Below are positions 16,626-25,227 of a stretch of 25,274 bases of DNA, piece after piece (within the stretch, counting starts at the first letter, position 1; each line of letters begins with the position of its first letter). The notes beneath the pieces were generated by a model. It was not told the origin of the DNA, did not search any database, and saw only the letters and a program-made list of their open reading frames with translations. Location: positions 1 through 25,274 of the IMG/VR virus record IMGVR_UViG_3300038675_000085; one strand, given 5' to 3'. A program made the translations under genes and the position numbers. Origin of the DNA: a virus. Its lineage: Duplodnaviria; Caudoviricetes.

Positions 16626-16887
16626 CTTTAGCCTCCTTCGCCTCATAAATCGTAAAAATTCCTAAAAGCTTTATTTTAACAACCTTATGACCTAAAAACT
16701 TTATGCATGAGCTTCTAAGCCAAGCAAAATGTAAGTTTTTGTTCTTAAACCATTTATCGTCAAATGGGGTGTCGCGTTTATCAAAATAGCACTTGTAAGG
16801 TTTAATGTTTTTTATAATTTTAATTAAGTAAATAAACGCTAGGCACAATAATATGCCTAAAAATATTAGTAGAATTTCTGTAGTCAC
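16609..16887 (-). CDS. Hypothetical protein with N-terminal transmembrane helix, AT-rich
   Basis: GGGAGG RBS, GTGA overlap with the upstream gene, hydrophobic N-terminus. Confidence 0.65.
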   Translation of the reverse strand: MTTEILLIFLGILLCLAFIYLIKIIKNIKPYKCYFDKRDTPFDDKWFKNKNLHFAWLRSSCIKFLGHKVVKIKLLGIFTIYEAKEAKDDTIN

Positions 16888-17198
16888 TTCACTTCCTCCC
16901 TCTCGGCCTTAAGCCATTCAATTATCGCAAGACGGCTATCAGTAAATCCTCGTCCGTATTCTGGAAGATGTATTACCACCATTTCGGCAAACTCCTCATC
17001 GCTGAGGCTTTCGAGATAGTCGCGGTTTGTTTTAGGTTCGTCTTCTGATTCAAAAAACTTTTCTAAGCCGTCAATGCATGATTGATGTTCTTTTTTAAGT
17101 GTTTTTTCCAGTTCATCAGCTTTTCCCTTTTGAACGAAATAGGCATTCATCCACAAAAGCATTAACGTAAGCGCAAGTATAAAATTTATCGTCATCAC
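16884..17198 (-). CDS. Hypothetical phage protein with N-terminal hydrophobic helix
   Basis: AGGAGG RBS, coupled overlaps, TNRDYLESLSDEEFAE motif typical of small phage accessory proteins. Confidence 0.7.
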   Translation of the reverse strand: MMTINFILALTLMLLWMNAYFVQKGKADELEKTLKKEHQSCIDGLEKFFESEDEPKTNRDYLESLSDEEFAEMVVIHLPEYGRGFTDSRLAIIEWLKAEREEVK

Positions 17199-17380
17199 TT
17201 CCTCCTCCTAATCGCCCTGTTTACTGTCATACGCTGATATGCGGCGTAACTTGACGGCGGTGATTCGTAATTTAACGGTCTTGGTAGTTTAGATTCTATT
17301 ACTTCTTCAATAATAAAAAAGTCGTTTATGCCGTGCAGCCCGTATCTTTTGTCGGATAAAATATGGGATATTGTTATCAT
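17195..17380 (-). CDS. Hypothetical protein (61 aa)
   Basis: GGAGGT RBS; 4-nt overlaps with both neighbours. Confidence 0.65.
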   Translation of the reverse strand: MITISHILSDKRYGLHGINDFFIIEEVIESKLPRPLNYESPPSSYAAYQRMTVNRAIRRRK

Positions 17381-17628
17381 TCTTTCACCTCCACGCCGAA
17401 CGTTCCGGCTATTCTATCAAGCACATCTAATTCGGGAGTGCTAAAAGTATTTTTTAACTCCGCTTTCGCTTTTTCTAAAAACTCCCTCGCCGTCTCAGAC
17501 TGCTTGCGATAGCCTTTTGCCATAATTGCTTTTGCTAGTTCGATGGTATCATCTTGCGAAATCATATAATCGTAAAAATCTCCAATAATATCAGATAATT
17601 CCTCAATGGCTTTTTCCTGTTCAGTCAT
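17377..17628 (-). CDS. Hypothetical phage protein (83 aa, MTEQEKAIEEL...)
   Basis: Start reset to the ATGA overlap with a GGGAG RBS. Confidence 0.7.
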   Translation of the reverse strand: MTEQEKAIEELSDIIGDFYDYMISQDDTIELAKAIMAKGYRKQSETAREFLEKAKAELKNTFSTPELDVLDRIAGTFGVEVKE

Positions 17629-17813
17629 TTCAAATCTCCCTTGATAATATCGCGCGTTTGGCTGTTTGGCAGCATTTCCTTGCACTTTATGCTGACTTCG
17701 GTCGTTTCGCCGTGTATAGCCTCTATAATTGCCTTGCAATCGGCTATGTATTGCTCTTTATATTTGCATACGTTTTCTTTACAACAACAGTTGCATTTTG
17801 ATGATATATTCAT
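17625..17813 (-). CDS. Small Cys-rich hypothetical protein
   Basis: CNCCCKENVCKY motif, GGAAGG RBS, ATGA overlaps. Confidence 0.7.
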   Translation of the reverse strand: MNISSKCNCCCKENVCKYKEQYIADCKAIIEAIHGETTEVSIKCKEMLPNSQTRDIIKGDLK

Positions 17814-18034
17814 ATCTTTTTACCTTCCTTATTTTCAACAATCTTTTCAAGATAACACTCTATTTCCCACTCCATATAATCGTTGGAATTTTTAATAAAA
17901 TATATAGCACATCCTTCGTCCCCTTCCGGATAACTGCTTGTATCCCACACTCTGGATTTTATTATCGCTATTCCTTCAGGAAATGTTATATGTTTTACTT
18001 TTTCACCTATATCAAATTTGAACTTGTGTTTCAT
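17810..18034 (-). CDS. Hypothetical protein (small beta-barrel-like, KFKFDIGEKV)
   Basis: GGAG RBS, ATGA overlaps. Confidence 0.7.
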   Translation of the reverse strand: MKHKFKFDIGEKVKHITFPEGIAIIKSRVWDTSSYPEGDEGCAIYFIKNSNDYMEWEIECYLEKIVENKEGKKI

Positions 18035-18144
18035 ACTCTCTCCAAGTGTTCGTTGATTATGTCAAGAGCGGTTGAGGTACCGCCTCCGCCTGCAAAGTTG
18101 TCTATTATCATTTCTTTAAAAAAATTGTCTTGGTATGCTCTCAT
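18031..18144 (-). pseudogene. 37-codon remnant of a C5-cytosine DNA methyltransferase
   Basis: Hand translation MRAYQDNFFKEMIIDNFAGGGGTSTALDIINEHLERV*. Contains SAM-binding motif I (IDNFAGGGG) only. GGAGG RBS and ATGA overlaps on both sides. Confidence 0.75.
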
Positions 18145-18387
18145 ACCGCATCCTCCAATAAGTCAAATAATGTCGGCGAAGATATCTTTTCATCTTCGGC
18201 CTTGCAGTAGCCGGCACCGGCACGGAATGAATCTGTGTTAAGCTCGCAGCCTACGCCGTAACGCCCATTGTACGGCCGCCGCTTGGTGAGGCTTCAATCT
18301 CGGATTGATTTTATCAAGCGAAATATCAAAGCCAGCATCGGGCGCGATGTCCATCTTAGCTTTAAGAAAATCAAGATATTCGTTCAT
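18141..18387 (-). pseudogene. Internally deleted remnant of a SNF2-helicase/amino-DNA-methyltransferase fusion gene
   Basis: Frame 1: MNEYLDFLKAKMDIAPDAGF...INPRLKPHQAAAVQWAL, a helicase N-terminus ending just before Walker A. In the +1 frame from about 18268: GRYGVGCELNTDSFRAGAGYCKAEDEKISSPTLFDLL, an N6/N4 MTase C-terminus. Confidence 0.72.
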
Positions 18388-19175
18388 TTTGTCTCTCCTC
18401 CCAACATTCCCAGCAACGCGCCGATAATGTAGTATTTTTCGTCTTTAATATCAGGCGTATTTTTTAATTGAGTGGCTAATTGACTTAACTTTTTAACGGT
18501 TATATTTTCAACCATTTCTTTAAGGCTTAATAGCGTATATAATTTACCTGAATATGTGAAGTCGATATTATCAACTAACTTTTTATCTATAAACTCCGAA
18601 AACGTATTAATAATATTATCAACAGAAGTTTTCCATTGAGGAGTAACGTATCCGTAATCATTTCCAATAAGGGACATAATCTTCTCACGCGTACACGCGC
18701 GCGGTATTAATTTATTATTATTATCTTTTTTTAACTTACTTACTTTTAGTTTAATAGCATTGGGGTCGCATTGCGGTGGCAATGCGTTCGCATTTTTATT
18801 TTGTTGCGGTGGCAATGCGTTCGCATTCCGTTCGCTTTCCCATCTCATATTTGCTGAAAGCCTTGCTTTATCGGACTTCTCGCATATTTCTTGAAGGTTT
18901 CTTTTTACCCTTTCAGAGTAAAACGTCGTTTTTGTCTTGCGGAATAATCCAAAATGAGACAATATATCATTTAGAACGTCAACACTCACTTTAAGATTAC
19001 TCGCAATGCCATCTATTGTGGAAATGTGGATAACTCCATTATTCTGATGCATAATCTCCACGATCGACCAATACACACCGTAACCTTCCATACCGTGCTT
19101 TGCAAGAAGACCCATTATGTCGGTGTCTTGCCTCGCAAAAAAATCGTGCGAAAAGTAATCTTTTTTCTTTGCCAT
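18384..19175 (-). CDS. Replication initiator, DUF4373/Lin1244-like N-terminal domain
   Basis: YFSHD......D.I..L..KHGMEGYGVYW.IVE and FYSER motifs; internal repeats. Start reset to MAKKKDY with a GAGG RBS. Confidence 0.85.
   Translation of the reverse strand: MAKKKDYFSHDFFARQDTDIMGLLAKHGMEGYGVYWSIVEIMHQNNGVIHISTIDGIASNLKVSVDVLNDILSHFGLFRKTKTTFYSERVKRNLQEICEKSDKARLSANMRWESERNANALPPQQNKNANALPPQCDPNAIKLKVSKLKKDNNNKLIPRACTREKIMSLIGNDYGYVTPQWKTSVDNIINTFSEFIDKKLVDNIDFTYSGKLYTLLSLKEMVENITVKKLSQLATQLKNTPDIKDEKYYIIGALLGMLGGETK
18705..18836. repeat. Iteron-like repeats plus AT-rich tract, probable phage replication origin
   Basis: 24-bp ttgcggtggcaatgcgttcgcatt at 18771-18794 and 18804-18827, each containing the palindrome AATGCG-tt-CGCATT. 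Partial copies flank them. AT-rich tract at about 18705-18756. Confidence 0.75.
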
Positions 19176-19189
19176 GATGTTAATCCTCT

Positions 19190-19246
19190 TTAATTTCCTG
19201 TGTCCGACATGCGTATAATCGCTAGAATGGTAAATAGTTTTTTCAT
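19190..19246 (-). other. 18-codon mini-ORF MKKLFTILAIIRMSDTGN, possible gene stub
   Basis: GGGAGG RBS, ATGA overlap with the upstream stop, signal-peptide-like start that is cut short. Confidence 0.45.
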
Positions 19247-19662
19247 ATAGCCTCCCTACCGCGCATATGCGGAGTTTCCGGCTCAATAATCGCCGTTATG
19301 TATTCTCTCTTATACGGCGTGTCTTGCAACTGATATTGACCGTGTAAAGCGCGTTTCTTTTTAAGGCTACTTACTTTTTTAAGTTCGCTCTTCCCGTGCT
19401 TCTCTATGCGGCGGATGTATGTATCAAATTCTTCATCAGTCGGCACACATACGCCCTCGGGAGTACAAATTACCGCTTTATGAAAATAGGATGAGTTCTG
19501 TATAATCTCGTAAATATCGCGCAATGCTCTTTCTGCTGATTTAATCGTGCTACGCGGAAAGAAATGCCGCGCCATTACTTCATTTGGTATAATCCCGTTT
19601 GACTTCGTTACCACGTCATAAACGCGGTATACTATCGGGTCAAATGTTATGTACTTTGACAT
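19243..19662 (-). CDS. Hypothetical protein, possibly winged-helix DNA-binding
   Basis: Strong RBS; pattern ERALRDIYEII....AVIC...G. Confidence 0.7.
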   Translation of the reverse strand: MSKYITFDPIVYRVYDVVTKSNGIIPNEVMARHFFPRSTIKSAERALRDIYEIIQNSSYFHKAVICTPEGVCVPTDEEFDTYIRRIEKHGKSELKKVSSLKKKRALHGQYQLQDTPYKREYITAIIEPETPHMRGREAI

Positions 19663-19682
19663 CGTTAATCCCTCCTATTAAT

Positions 19683-20036
19683 TTATCTATTTTTCAAATA
19701 AGCCGTTGTAATATCGATAGCCTCGTCAATGGTGTAACACACAGATACCATGTAATAATTTTTTGCCAATCTAGCAAGCCATTCGCTTTGGTCTTGTGTT
19801 GTCTTGTTCTTCCCCCACTTAAACTCTATGTAAAGCCCATGGTGAGTCTTATTCGGCAAGGCAATACAGATATCAGGGACACCTGCCTTTACACCTTGTT
19901 TCTTAAGATTGACGGCCTCAAGGTAATTCCTTGTACCGCCGTTCGGAATGGCATAAGTACATTCATAAGCCTCGCGGTTGAAATACTGCAGCCATTCAAA
20001 GTATGAAATTTGCAACAATGCTTCAGGGCCTAGCAT
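19683..20036 (-). CDS. VRR-NUC family nuclease (Holliday junction resolvase-like)
   Basis: AIPNGG.R...EA..LKKQGVKAGVPD...LYIEFK......Q.EW motif. Confidence 0.92.
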   Translation of the reverse strand: MLGPEALLQISYFEWLQYFNREAYECTYAIPNGGTRNYLEAVNLKKQGVKAGVPDICIALPNKTHHGLYIEFKWGKNKTTQDQSEWLARLAKNYYMVSVCYTIDEAIDITTAYLKNR

Positions 20037-20050
20037 ATTAACCTCCTTGC

Positions 20051-20875
20051 CTAAAAAAATTCATCAATACAAACATTTGAACTTATATTAGCCGTTTGCA
20101 TAATGTTTAATGATTTATCTGGATTTTCTTTATAGAACTTTTGAATATAGTACTTCTCTCTTTCAAGAATATTTTCCGACATTGGCACTATCTCAATTAC
20201 CTCAAAAATGTAATCAAGAATATTTTTAATATCAAACCTTTCAGTTTTGAGATGTTGTCCCCATCTAAAAATAGGGGCGTAAATTGTTTGACCTATATAA
20301 AATTCACCTGTTGATCTTTTAGAAATCTTATATATGTATCCGGCAACTGACTCGGAAAACATATCTCTTGTAATAAAAAATTCCTTATCGTTATCAGGTC
20401 TTATTCTTTTTAATTCTTTTTCAACATAACTACTTTTGCAGAAATCAGAGCAAAACTGCTTATCTTTGTATTCATCAATTCCATAAAAAGTATGATTAAT
20501 ATCATAATTACCAAATCTTATTGGGTGATTGTAAGTTGTTACCTTTGCCTTACAGTTGTCGCAAAAATATTCAAGTTTATTAAAATATTTTTCTGTATTG
20601 TAACAATGTTCCCCAATAATAATGCAATAGTAGGTTCCCTCAGAATATTTTCTAGAATAACTAAATCTAATATCAATTCCATAAGATGCCCTAATAATAT
20701 CCTTAAATTGTTCTCTATTATCGCAAATTAAACAATCCATTGCAATTTCAATATTATTTTCTTTACTTAAACCAGAATAAAAAGAAGGTGAATTAAAGTT
20801 TTTGTTATCTTCTTTTATTTTCTCTATCTCTTCTTTAAATGGAACTTGATAAATACGGTATAAAATTTCTAGCAT
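20051..20875 (-). CDS. GIY-YIG nuclease-domain protein with Cys motifs, AT-rich
   Basis: GYIYKI......FYIGQT.....RW.QH...E..YI in the C-terminal third; CDNC and FCSDFC upstream. Confidence 0.85.
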   Translation of the reverse strand: MLEILYRIYQVPFKEEIEKIKEDNKNFNSPSFYSGLSKENNIEIAMDCLICDNREQFKDIIRASYGIDIRFSYSRKYSEGTYYCIIIGEHCYNTEKYFNKLEYFCDNCKAKVTTYNHPIRFGNYDINHTFYGIDEYKDKQFCSDFCKSSYVEKELKRIRPDNDKEFFITRDMFSESVAGYIYKISKRSTGEFYIGQTIYAPIFRWGQHLKTERFDIKNILDYIFEVIEIVPMSENILEREKYYIQKFYKENPDKSLNIMQTANISSNVCIDEFF

Positions 20876-21570
20876 ACATATACCTCCGTGCCGGTGAGCT
20901 TCTGCACCTCCGATTTCATAAGTGCCTCATTTGAGTTATTATCAGATAAATGCATAAGATAAATTTGTTTTACGCGGCTTAAATCATTTGCCTTAAGAAG
21001 CTCTAGAAGATGTTCTAGGCTCATATGTGATTTGATTATCCTCGGCGCTAATAAACGCGATATACGGCCAGTTCTTACGCTCTCGTCCAAACTTGCCTTA
21101 TCGTAGTTGCACTCGCACATAACGTGAGTAAGGCCGCTAAATCGGTACTTAATGTAAAAGCTGTCCGTAAAGTAAAGAAGCTTATCCCCGGTGAGCGTAG
21201 ACTCTATAAGAAAGCCTAGCGGATCCGGCGCGTCGTGCTGAATCTCGAATGGCATAATCTTGAACGTTCCTATTGTGATTGGATTAAGAGCGGATATAGC
21301 TTTTGCGCGGTGTCCGTCAGCGCCGCAAGCCAAAAGAGTGGCACGGCTCGAATAAACGTCTATGCCGTATTTCGCAAGGTCTTTAACCGATATGCAATGG
21401 TCTTTATGGCAATGGCTTATAAGAGCGCCGGAGATATCGTCAAGCCTAAAGTTAAGCTTAATCTGAATAGCCCTTAAGGGTATGCCAGCGTCAATTAAGA
21501 CGCTGGTTTCCCCGTCAGATACCTTATAACAATTTCCGGTAGATCCGGAAGCTATTATTGTAATTTCCAT
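20869..21570 (-). CDS. Metallo-beta-lactamase-fold hydrolase/nuclease (YycJ-like)
   Basis: SGSTGNCY, LIDAG, SHCHKDH, HDA, TD, ECNY, HMS and HLS..N motifs. Confidence 0.92.
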   Translation of the reverse strand: MEITIIASGSTGNCYKVSDGETSVLIDAGIPLRAIQIKLNFRLDDISGALISHCHKDHCISVKDLAKYGIDVYSSRATLLACGADGHRAKAISALNPITIGTFKIMPFEIQHDAPDPLGFLIESTLTGDKLLYFTDSFYIKYRFSGLTHVMCECNYDKASLDESVRTGRISRLLAPRIIKSHMSLEHLLELLKANDLSRVKQIYLMHLSDNNSNEALMKSEVQKLTGTEVYVC

Positions 21571-21572
21571 AA

Positions 21573-22685
21573 TTAAAAATCACACTTAGGTGCATCAGTA
21601 AAAGCGAGTTGACCGTTATCAGGCTTTACGGTAGTTGACTCTCCGCTTGCTGGCTTTCCTTCCGAAGGTGATTTATCGGAAGTGGGTCTTGTGATCTCGC
21701 CGGTGCTAGGGTCGATGTCGTTAACTGAATTATCATTTCCAATTAGCACTGTATTTGCGCCGGCGCCGATTTCGTCTTCAGCGTCTCTATAGGCTTCCGA
21801 CAATCTCGCTTCGTGCTCTATAATGTCAGCTTGCACAAAATCATCATCCACCTTCTTTGGGTCAAGTGGAATATTACGGCTATCGTAAACAATACGCTTT
21901 ATTGTCTTCTCGCACATTGTTTCAAACCAACCGTCGATTATTTTTTCGCCTGACTTTTCGCCGTTCTTATATTCGGCCTTTGTACCGCCCCAAAATTCAA
22001 CAGCTGCATATTCGGGCTTGCGCTTAAGAATGTCTTTTAATGGGACAATAATAAGCTTATTTTTCGTTGGATCAGGGTAAACAATGTAACCAAAACCGCC
22101 TATGATTTTCCCGCGTTCAAAAGGATTATTTATCTTAAAATCATAAGACTCAATGTTGTTATCTTTGCTTTTTTTGTGAGGTTGGAAAGTGTCCGTCTCG
22201 TAAACCAATTCAACGATTACATTCGCCGGAGGCTCAAGAGCATACTTCTTAGATAACATCTCTATCCCCTCATAACCCTTAACAAAGCCTATATCATACT
22301 GATTTGTCGTGTTGTTTTTGTAGGGCACAGCGTGAACCTGATTACGCATAGACATATCAAGCCCAAGGCGGCAATGTCTGGCCACATTTTCGGCCAGCGC
22401 GGGCATATTGACATTCTCCCATGTCACAGGGAGAGCATTATCATATTTATGGTTAGTGTTGCGCGTATTCTTTGCAACGCGATATTCCTCGGCGACTTTG
22501 AGAGCATTATCTATAGCTCTGAAATATCCGCGCCCCAATCGCTTTTGATAATCGTTAAGGTCAAGATTTCCGGAATTAGCGGAAATGTTTTTTATTACCG
22601 CCTCCATAAATCTGTCAGATGCGGCTTTTGATGTAGCGACGGGAGCCTGAGTTCCGGTTGCTTGTAAATTCTTTTCATTTGCCAT
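21573..22685 (-). CDS. recT: RecT-like single-strand annealing protein
   Basis: LGLD......VPYKN, GYEG, ELVY.TD.F, G.IIGGFGY, W...M..KT..R and an acidic tail; lies between the ATPase and MBL genes. Confidence 0.8.
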   Translation of the reverse strand: MANEKNLQATGTQAPVATSKAASDRFMEAVIKNISANSGNLDLNDYQKRLGRGYFRAIDNALKVAEEYRVAKNTRNTNHKYDNALPVTWENVNMPALAENVARHCRLGLDMSMRNQVHAVPYKNNTTNQYDIGFVKGYEGIEMLSKKYALEPPANVIVELVYETDTFQPHKKSKDNNIESYDFKINNPFERGKIIGGFGYIVYPDPTKNKLIIVPLKDILKRKPEYAAVEFWGGTKAEYKNGEKSGEKIIDGWFETMCEKTIKRIVYDSRNIPLDPKKVDDDFVQADIIEHEARLSEAYRDAEDEIGAGANTVLIGNDNSVNDIDPSTGEITRPTSDKSPSEGKPASGESTTVKPDNGQLAFTDAPKCDF

Positions 22686-22690
22686 AATGT

Positions 22691-24646
22691 TTACATAACC
22701 TCCATTCTTAATTTTTTATCTTGTTCGGAGACTACAAGTCTTATAACTTGCGCCTCAATTTTGAGTAATTCAGTTACGCTCTCGGCGTTATCCACGAAAA
22801 GCGGAATAAACTTCCCGTAATACCAAGACAATACATTGATTATCTCTAATCCGGCGTTAATCTTGGCGGCGTTGTTGGCATCCACATTGTAGAGCGCGTA
22901 GGCGCCGTCCTTAGTCGGTACAAGCACCTCACAGCATTCTTTTATGCCGCCGTTGATCTGCTTTTGAAATAGCTGAAACCTGACGTTTTGGAAATGGTCA
23001 TTAATCTTACTGTCAAGCATACCGACTTTCGTCATCGTGAAAACTTCACAAAGATAAAGGCCGCGTTCAATGTTGTTGTAATCGTTTGAGAGTTTCCGCT
23101 CCTCTTTTTCAAGTGCCTTAATGCGTTCCTCTTGTGTCGCCTTAACCTTTAGACTAGATTCGTATTCTTCGATAGCGTATATCTTCCAAGAGAGCGCGTT
23201 TATTTCATCATCGAAATGTTTAGCTAATTCCTTAAGTTCTTGATCTGTAGCCGTCGCGGCGCTCGTTGCATCTTGAATGCGCTTCTCAAATTCCTTTCCG
23301 CGCTCCGTATTTTCCCATGGTACATAAGAGCCAAAGCCTAGTTCGCCTATATTTTCAGCTTCCTTTATGTAATCCGCCTGCGCTTTATCTAAGTCAGCGC
23401 GTAAGTTTTTAAGCGACTCTTCTTGAGATGAGATATCAAAAGACAGCCCTTTACCCTCAGTGTTAATCGCCTTTAAGCGCTCCGACTTCTTAAGATTAAA
23501 TGATTCTCTTAAGGCGTTGACCTCTTCATCCGGAAGTTCTCTCTTGCACGTTGGACATATTGCCGCAGAAGGATTCCAAGTCTCAGATGCAATCCTCACG
23601 TAATCTGCTCTTAAAGCTTCGCGGCGTTTAGTCTTAACGTCAATTAAGTTTTCACATCCGTGTATCTTTATTTTGAGCGTTTCAATGTTGTCAAGGGCGC
23701 GTTGTTTCGCTTGGTTTGCTCTGGTAGCCTTTTCGTAAATAACATCTTGCTCGCGCCGAGCTTTCTTCTCGTAGTCAAGCCTTTCCGCCTGTTCTTCGCT
23801 TGATATCGCGGCTATAGCGGCTGTCCTTGCCTTAAGGGCAGAGTCTCCGCTTATAGCGTTTCTTTTCTCGTTTTGTAGCCTCTCGCGCTCAACAATAAGA
23901 GCAGGCTTAAGTTCTACATCAACGCCCTCGGGAATCGGAGGTATAGCCTTTGTAGCTTCGTCAATTCGGGCGGGAATGCTGTCTATAAGACGTTTAATCT
24001 CAGCCTTATTATTAGATGCAATGCGCTTGTAATCGTCCACGCTGTAGTATTGGTCTTTTGTGCCCGGCTTCAATAGATACTCTGCAAGGTCGGCGAGTTC
24101 CTTATTCGCGGCAATAACGTCCTGATCTGATACATTTCCACAGATAGATAGCAATCGCGCGCGGCGCTCCTCCCATCCGATTTGAGATGCAAAATAATCC
24201 GGCATAGTAAGTAACTTTACGATCTCACTATTCCCGAAATTCTCTTCAATGGAACGTGCGTATTCGGTAGCAGAGCACGGCACGGAATCAATATAGTAAT
24301 CCGTGGTGTGTCCCGTAAATTCTTCCGTAAGGCTTCCGCGCTTTTTCGTATAGGTCTCGTGATATACCTTTTTATAAGTTATCCTCGCGCCGCCATCCGT
24401 AGAGAAGATTCCCTCCACCGAATGGTCAAGGTAATGTAGCCCCTGACCGTCAAGGCCTCTTGTTTTTGGCGTAAAGTTCGCCGCGCCGGTGCTTGCCTTA
24501 TCGAATAAAAGCCACGTATAGGCATTGTAGACTGTTGTCTTGCCCGTGGCGTTGTCTCCGTATATAGCGGCGTTGCGGCCGTCTAGAGAAACTTCCAAAG
24601 CTTTTACGCCTTGGAAGTTATCCAGTTTAAGTGTTACTAGTTTCAT
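22691..24646 (-). CDS. SbcC/Rad50-like SMC-family ATPase
   Basis: Walker A GDNATGKTT, long coiled coil with CPTC zinc hook, Walker B/D-loop PLFVDNAESV. Confidence 0.92.
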   Translation of the reverse strand: MKLVTLKLDNFQGVKALEVSLDGRNAAIYGDNATGKTTVYNAYTWLLFDKASTGAANFTPKTRGLDGQGLHYLDHSVEGIFSTDGGARITYKKVYHETYTKKRGSLTEEFTGHTTDYYIDSVPCSATEYARSIEENFGNSEIVKLLTMPDYFASQIGWEERRARLLSICGNVSDQDVIAANKELADLAEYLLKPGTKDQYYSVDDYKRIASNNKAEIKRLIDSIPARIDEATKAIPPIPEGVDVELKPALIVERERLQNEKRNAISGDSALKARTAAIAAISSEEQAERLDYEKKARREQDVIYEKATRANQAKQRALDNIETLKIKIHGCENLIDVKTKRREALRADYVRIASETWNPSAAICPTCKRELPDEEVNALRESFNLKKSERLKAINTEGKGLSFDISSQEESLKNLRADLDKAQADYIKEAENIGELGFGSYVPWENTERGKEFEKRIQDATSAATATDQELKELAKHFDDEINALSWKIYAIEEYESSLKVKATQEERIKALEKEERKLSNDYNNIERGLYLCEVFTMTKVGMLDSKINDHFQNVRFQLFQKQINGGIKECCEVLVPTKDGAYALYNVDANNAAKINAGLEIINVLSWYYGKFIPLFVDNAESVTELLKIEAQVIRLVVSEQDKKLRMEVM

Positions 24647-24661
24647 AATCCCTCCTATCCT

Positions 24662-24853
24662 CTATACTCTTGCTTCGGCCATATCTTTAACAGCTTCAAT
24701 CATTAATAATACGGCCAGTCTTCTTATAACCTTATCCGCTCTCTCGGGGTCAATTGCCTTTTGAGTTTCAATGCCGATTTTAAACGCATTACCTTTGCGC
24801 TTTATAAGGTCATCGGCAATCGCGTTAACGTTCTTATCAGTTAGCTTGTCCAT
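24662..24853 (-). CDS. Hypothetical protein (63 aa)
   Basis: AAGGAGG RBS; packed in the operon. Confidence 0.7.
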   Translation of the reverse strand: MDKLTDKNVNAIADDLIKRKGNAFKIGIETQKAIDPERADKVIRRLAVLLMIEAVKDMAEARV

Positions 24854-24959
24854 CTATCTCCTCCTTAAAGTCGTAATATTTTCTAAGGCTTGATAGCCTG
24901 TCCGGATATATACCTTCCAATCTGCAAAAGAGGCAATATGCTTCAAACTGTTTATTCAA
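24837..24959 (-). CDS. Hypothetical 40-aa protein (TTG start, MNKQFEAYCLFC...)
   Basis: GGAGGG RBS upstream of TTG; short overlaps with both neighbours. The start is uncertain. Confidence 0.5.
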   Translation of the reverse strand: MNKQFEAYCLFCRLEGIYPDRLSSLRKYYDFKEEIDGQAN

Positions 24960-25227
24960 CTTTACATTCCCTCCTCTTTTTCTCAATGAATCGCTCGGTG
25001 GTCTCTCTGACGTATCTCGCAGCCTCTTCAATCGTGCAATTCATATGTTCCATTGCATCGTATACTCTCCGAAATACATCGGTTGCAGTAAGCAATCGCC
25101 CCTTATAATCCGGCTGATCTATGAGATAATCGTTAAATATCTCAAGCGTTATGTTTACGTTAATCGCCGTGAGTGTTGAGTAAGTCGGCGGCGCGTATCT
25201 TTGAACTAATGCTCCTGTGTAAGTCAC
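24952..25227 (-). CDS. Hypothetical protein (91 aa, GTG start)
   Basis: AGGAGG RBS upstream of GTG. Confidence 0.7.
   Translation of the reverse strand: MTYTGALVQRYAPPTYSTLTAINVNITLEIFNDYLIDQPDYKGRLLTATDVFRRVYDAMEHMNCTIEEAARYVRETTERFIEKKRRECKVE

Noticed and set aside
17729-18241. 170-aa plus-strand ORF and other plus-strand or nested ORFs in the track
   Set aside because: They are shadows of coupled minus-strand genes or stubs, with no RBS or recognisable motifs.
18771-18827. CRISPR-like repeat
   Set aside because: Only two copies with a 9-bp gap, in frame within a coding sequence; consistent with iterons.
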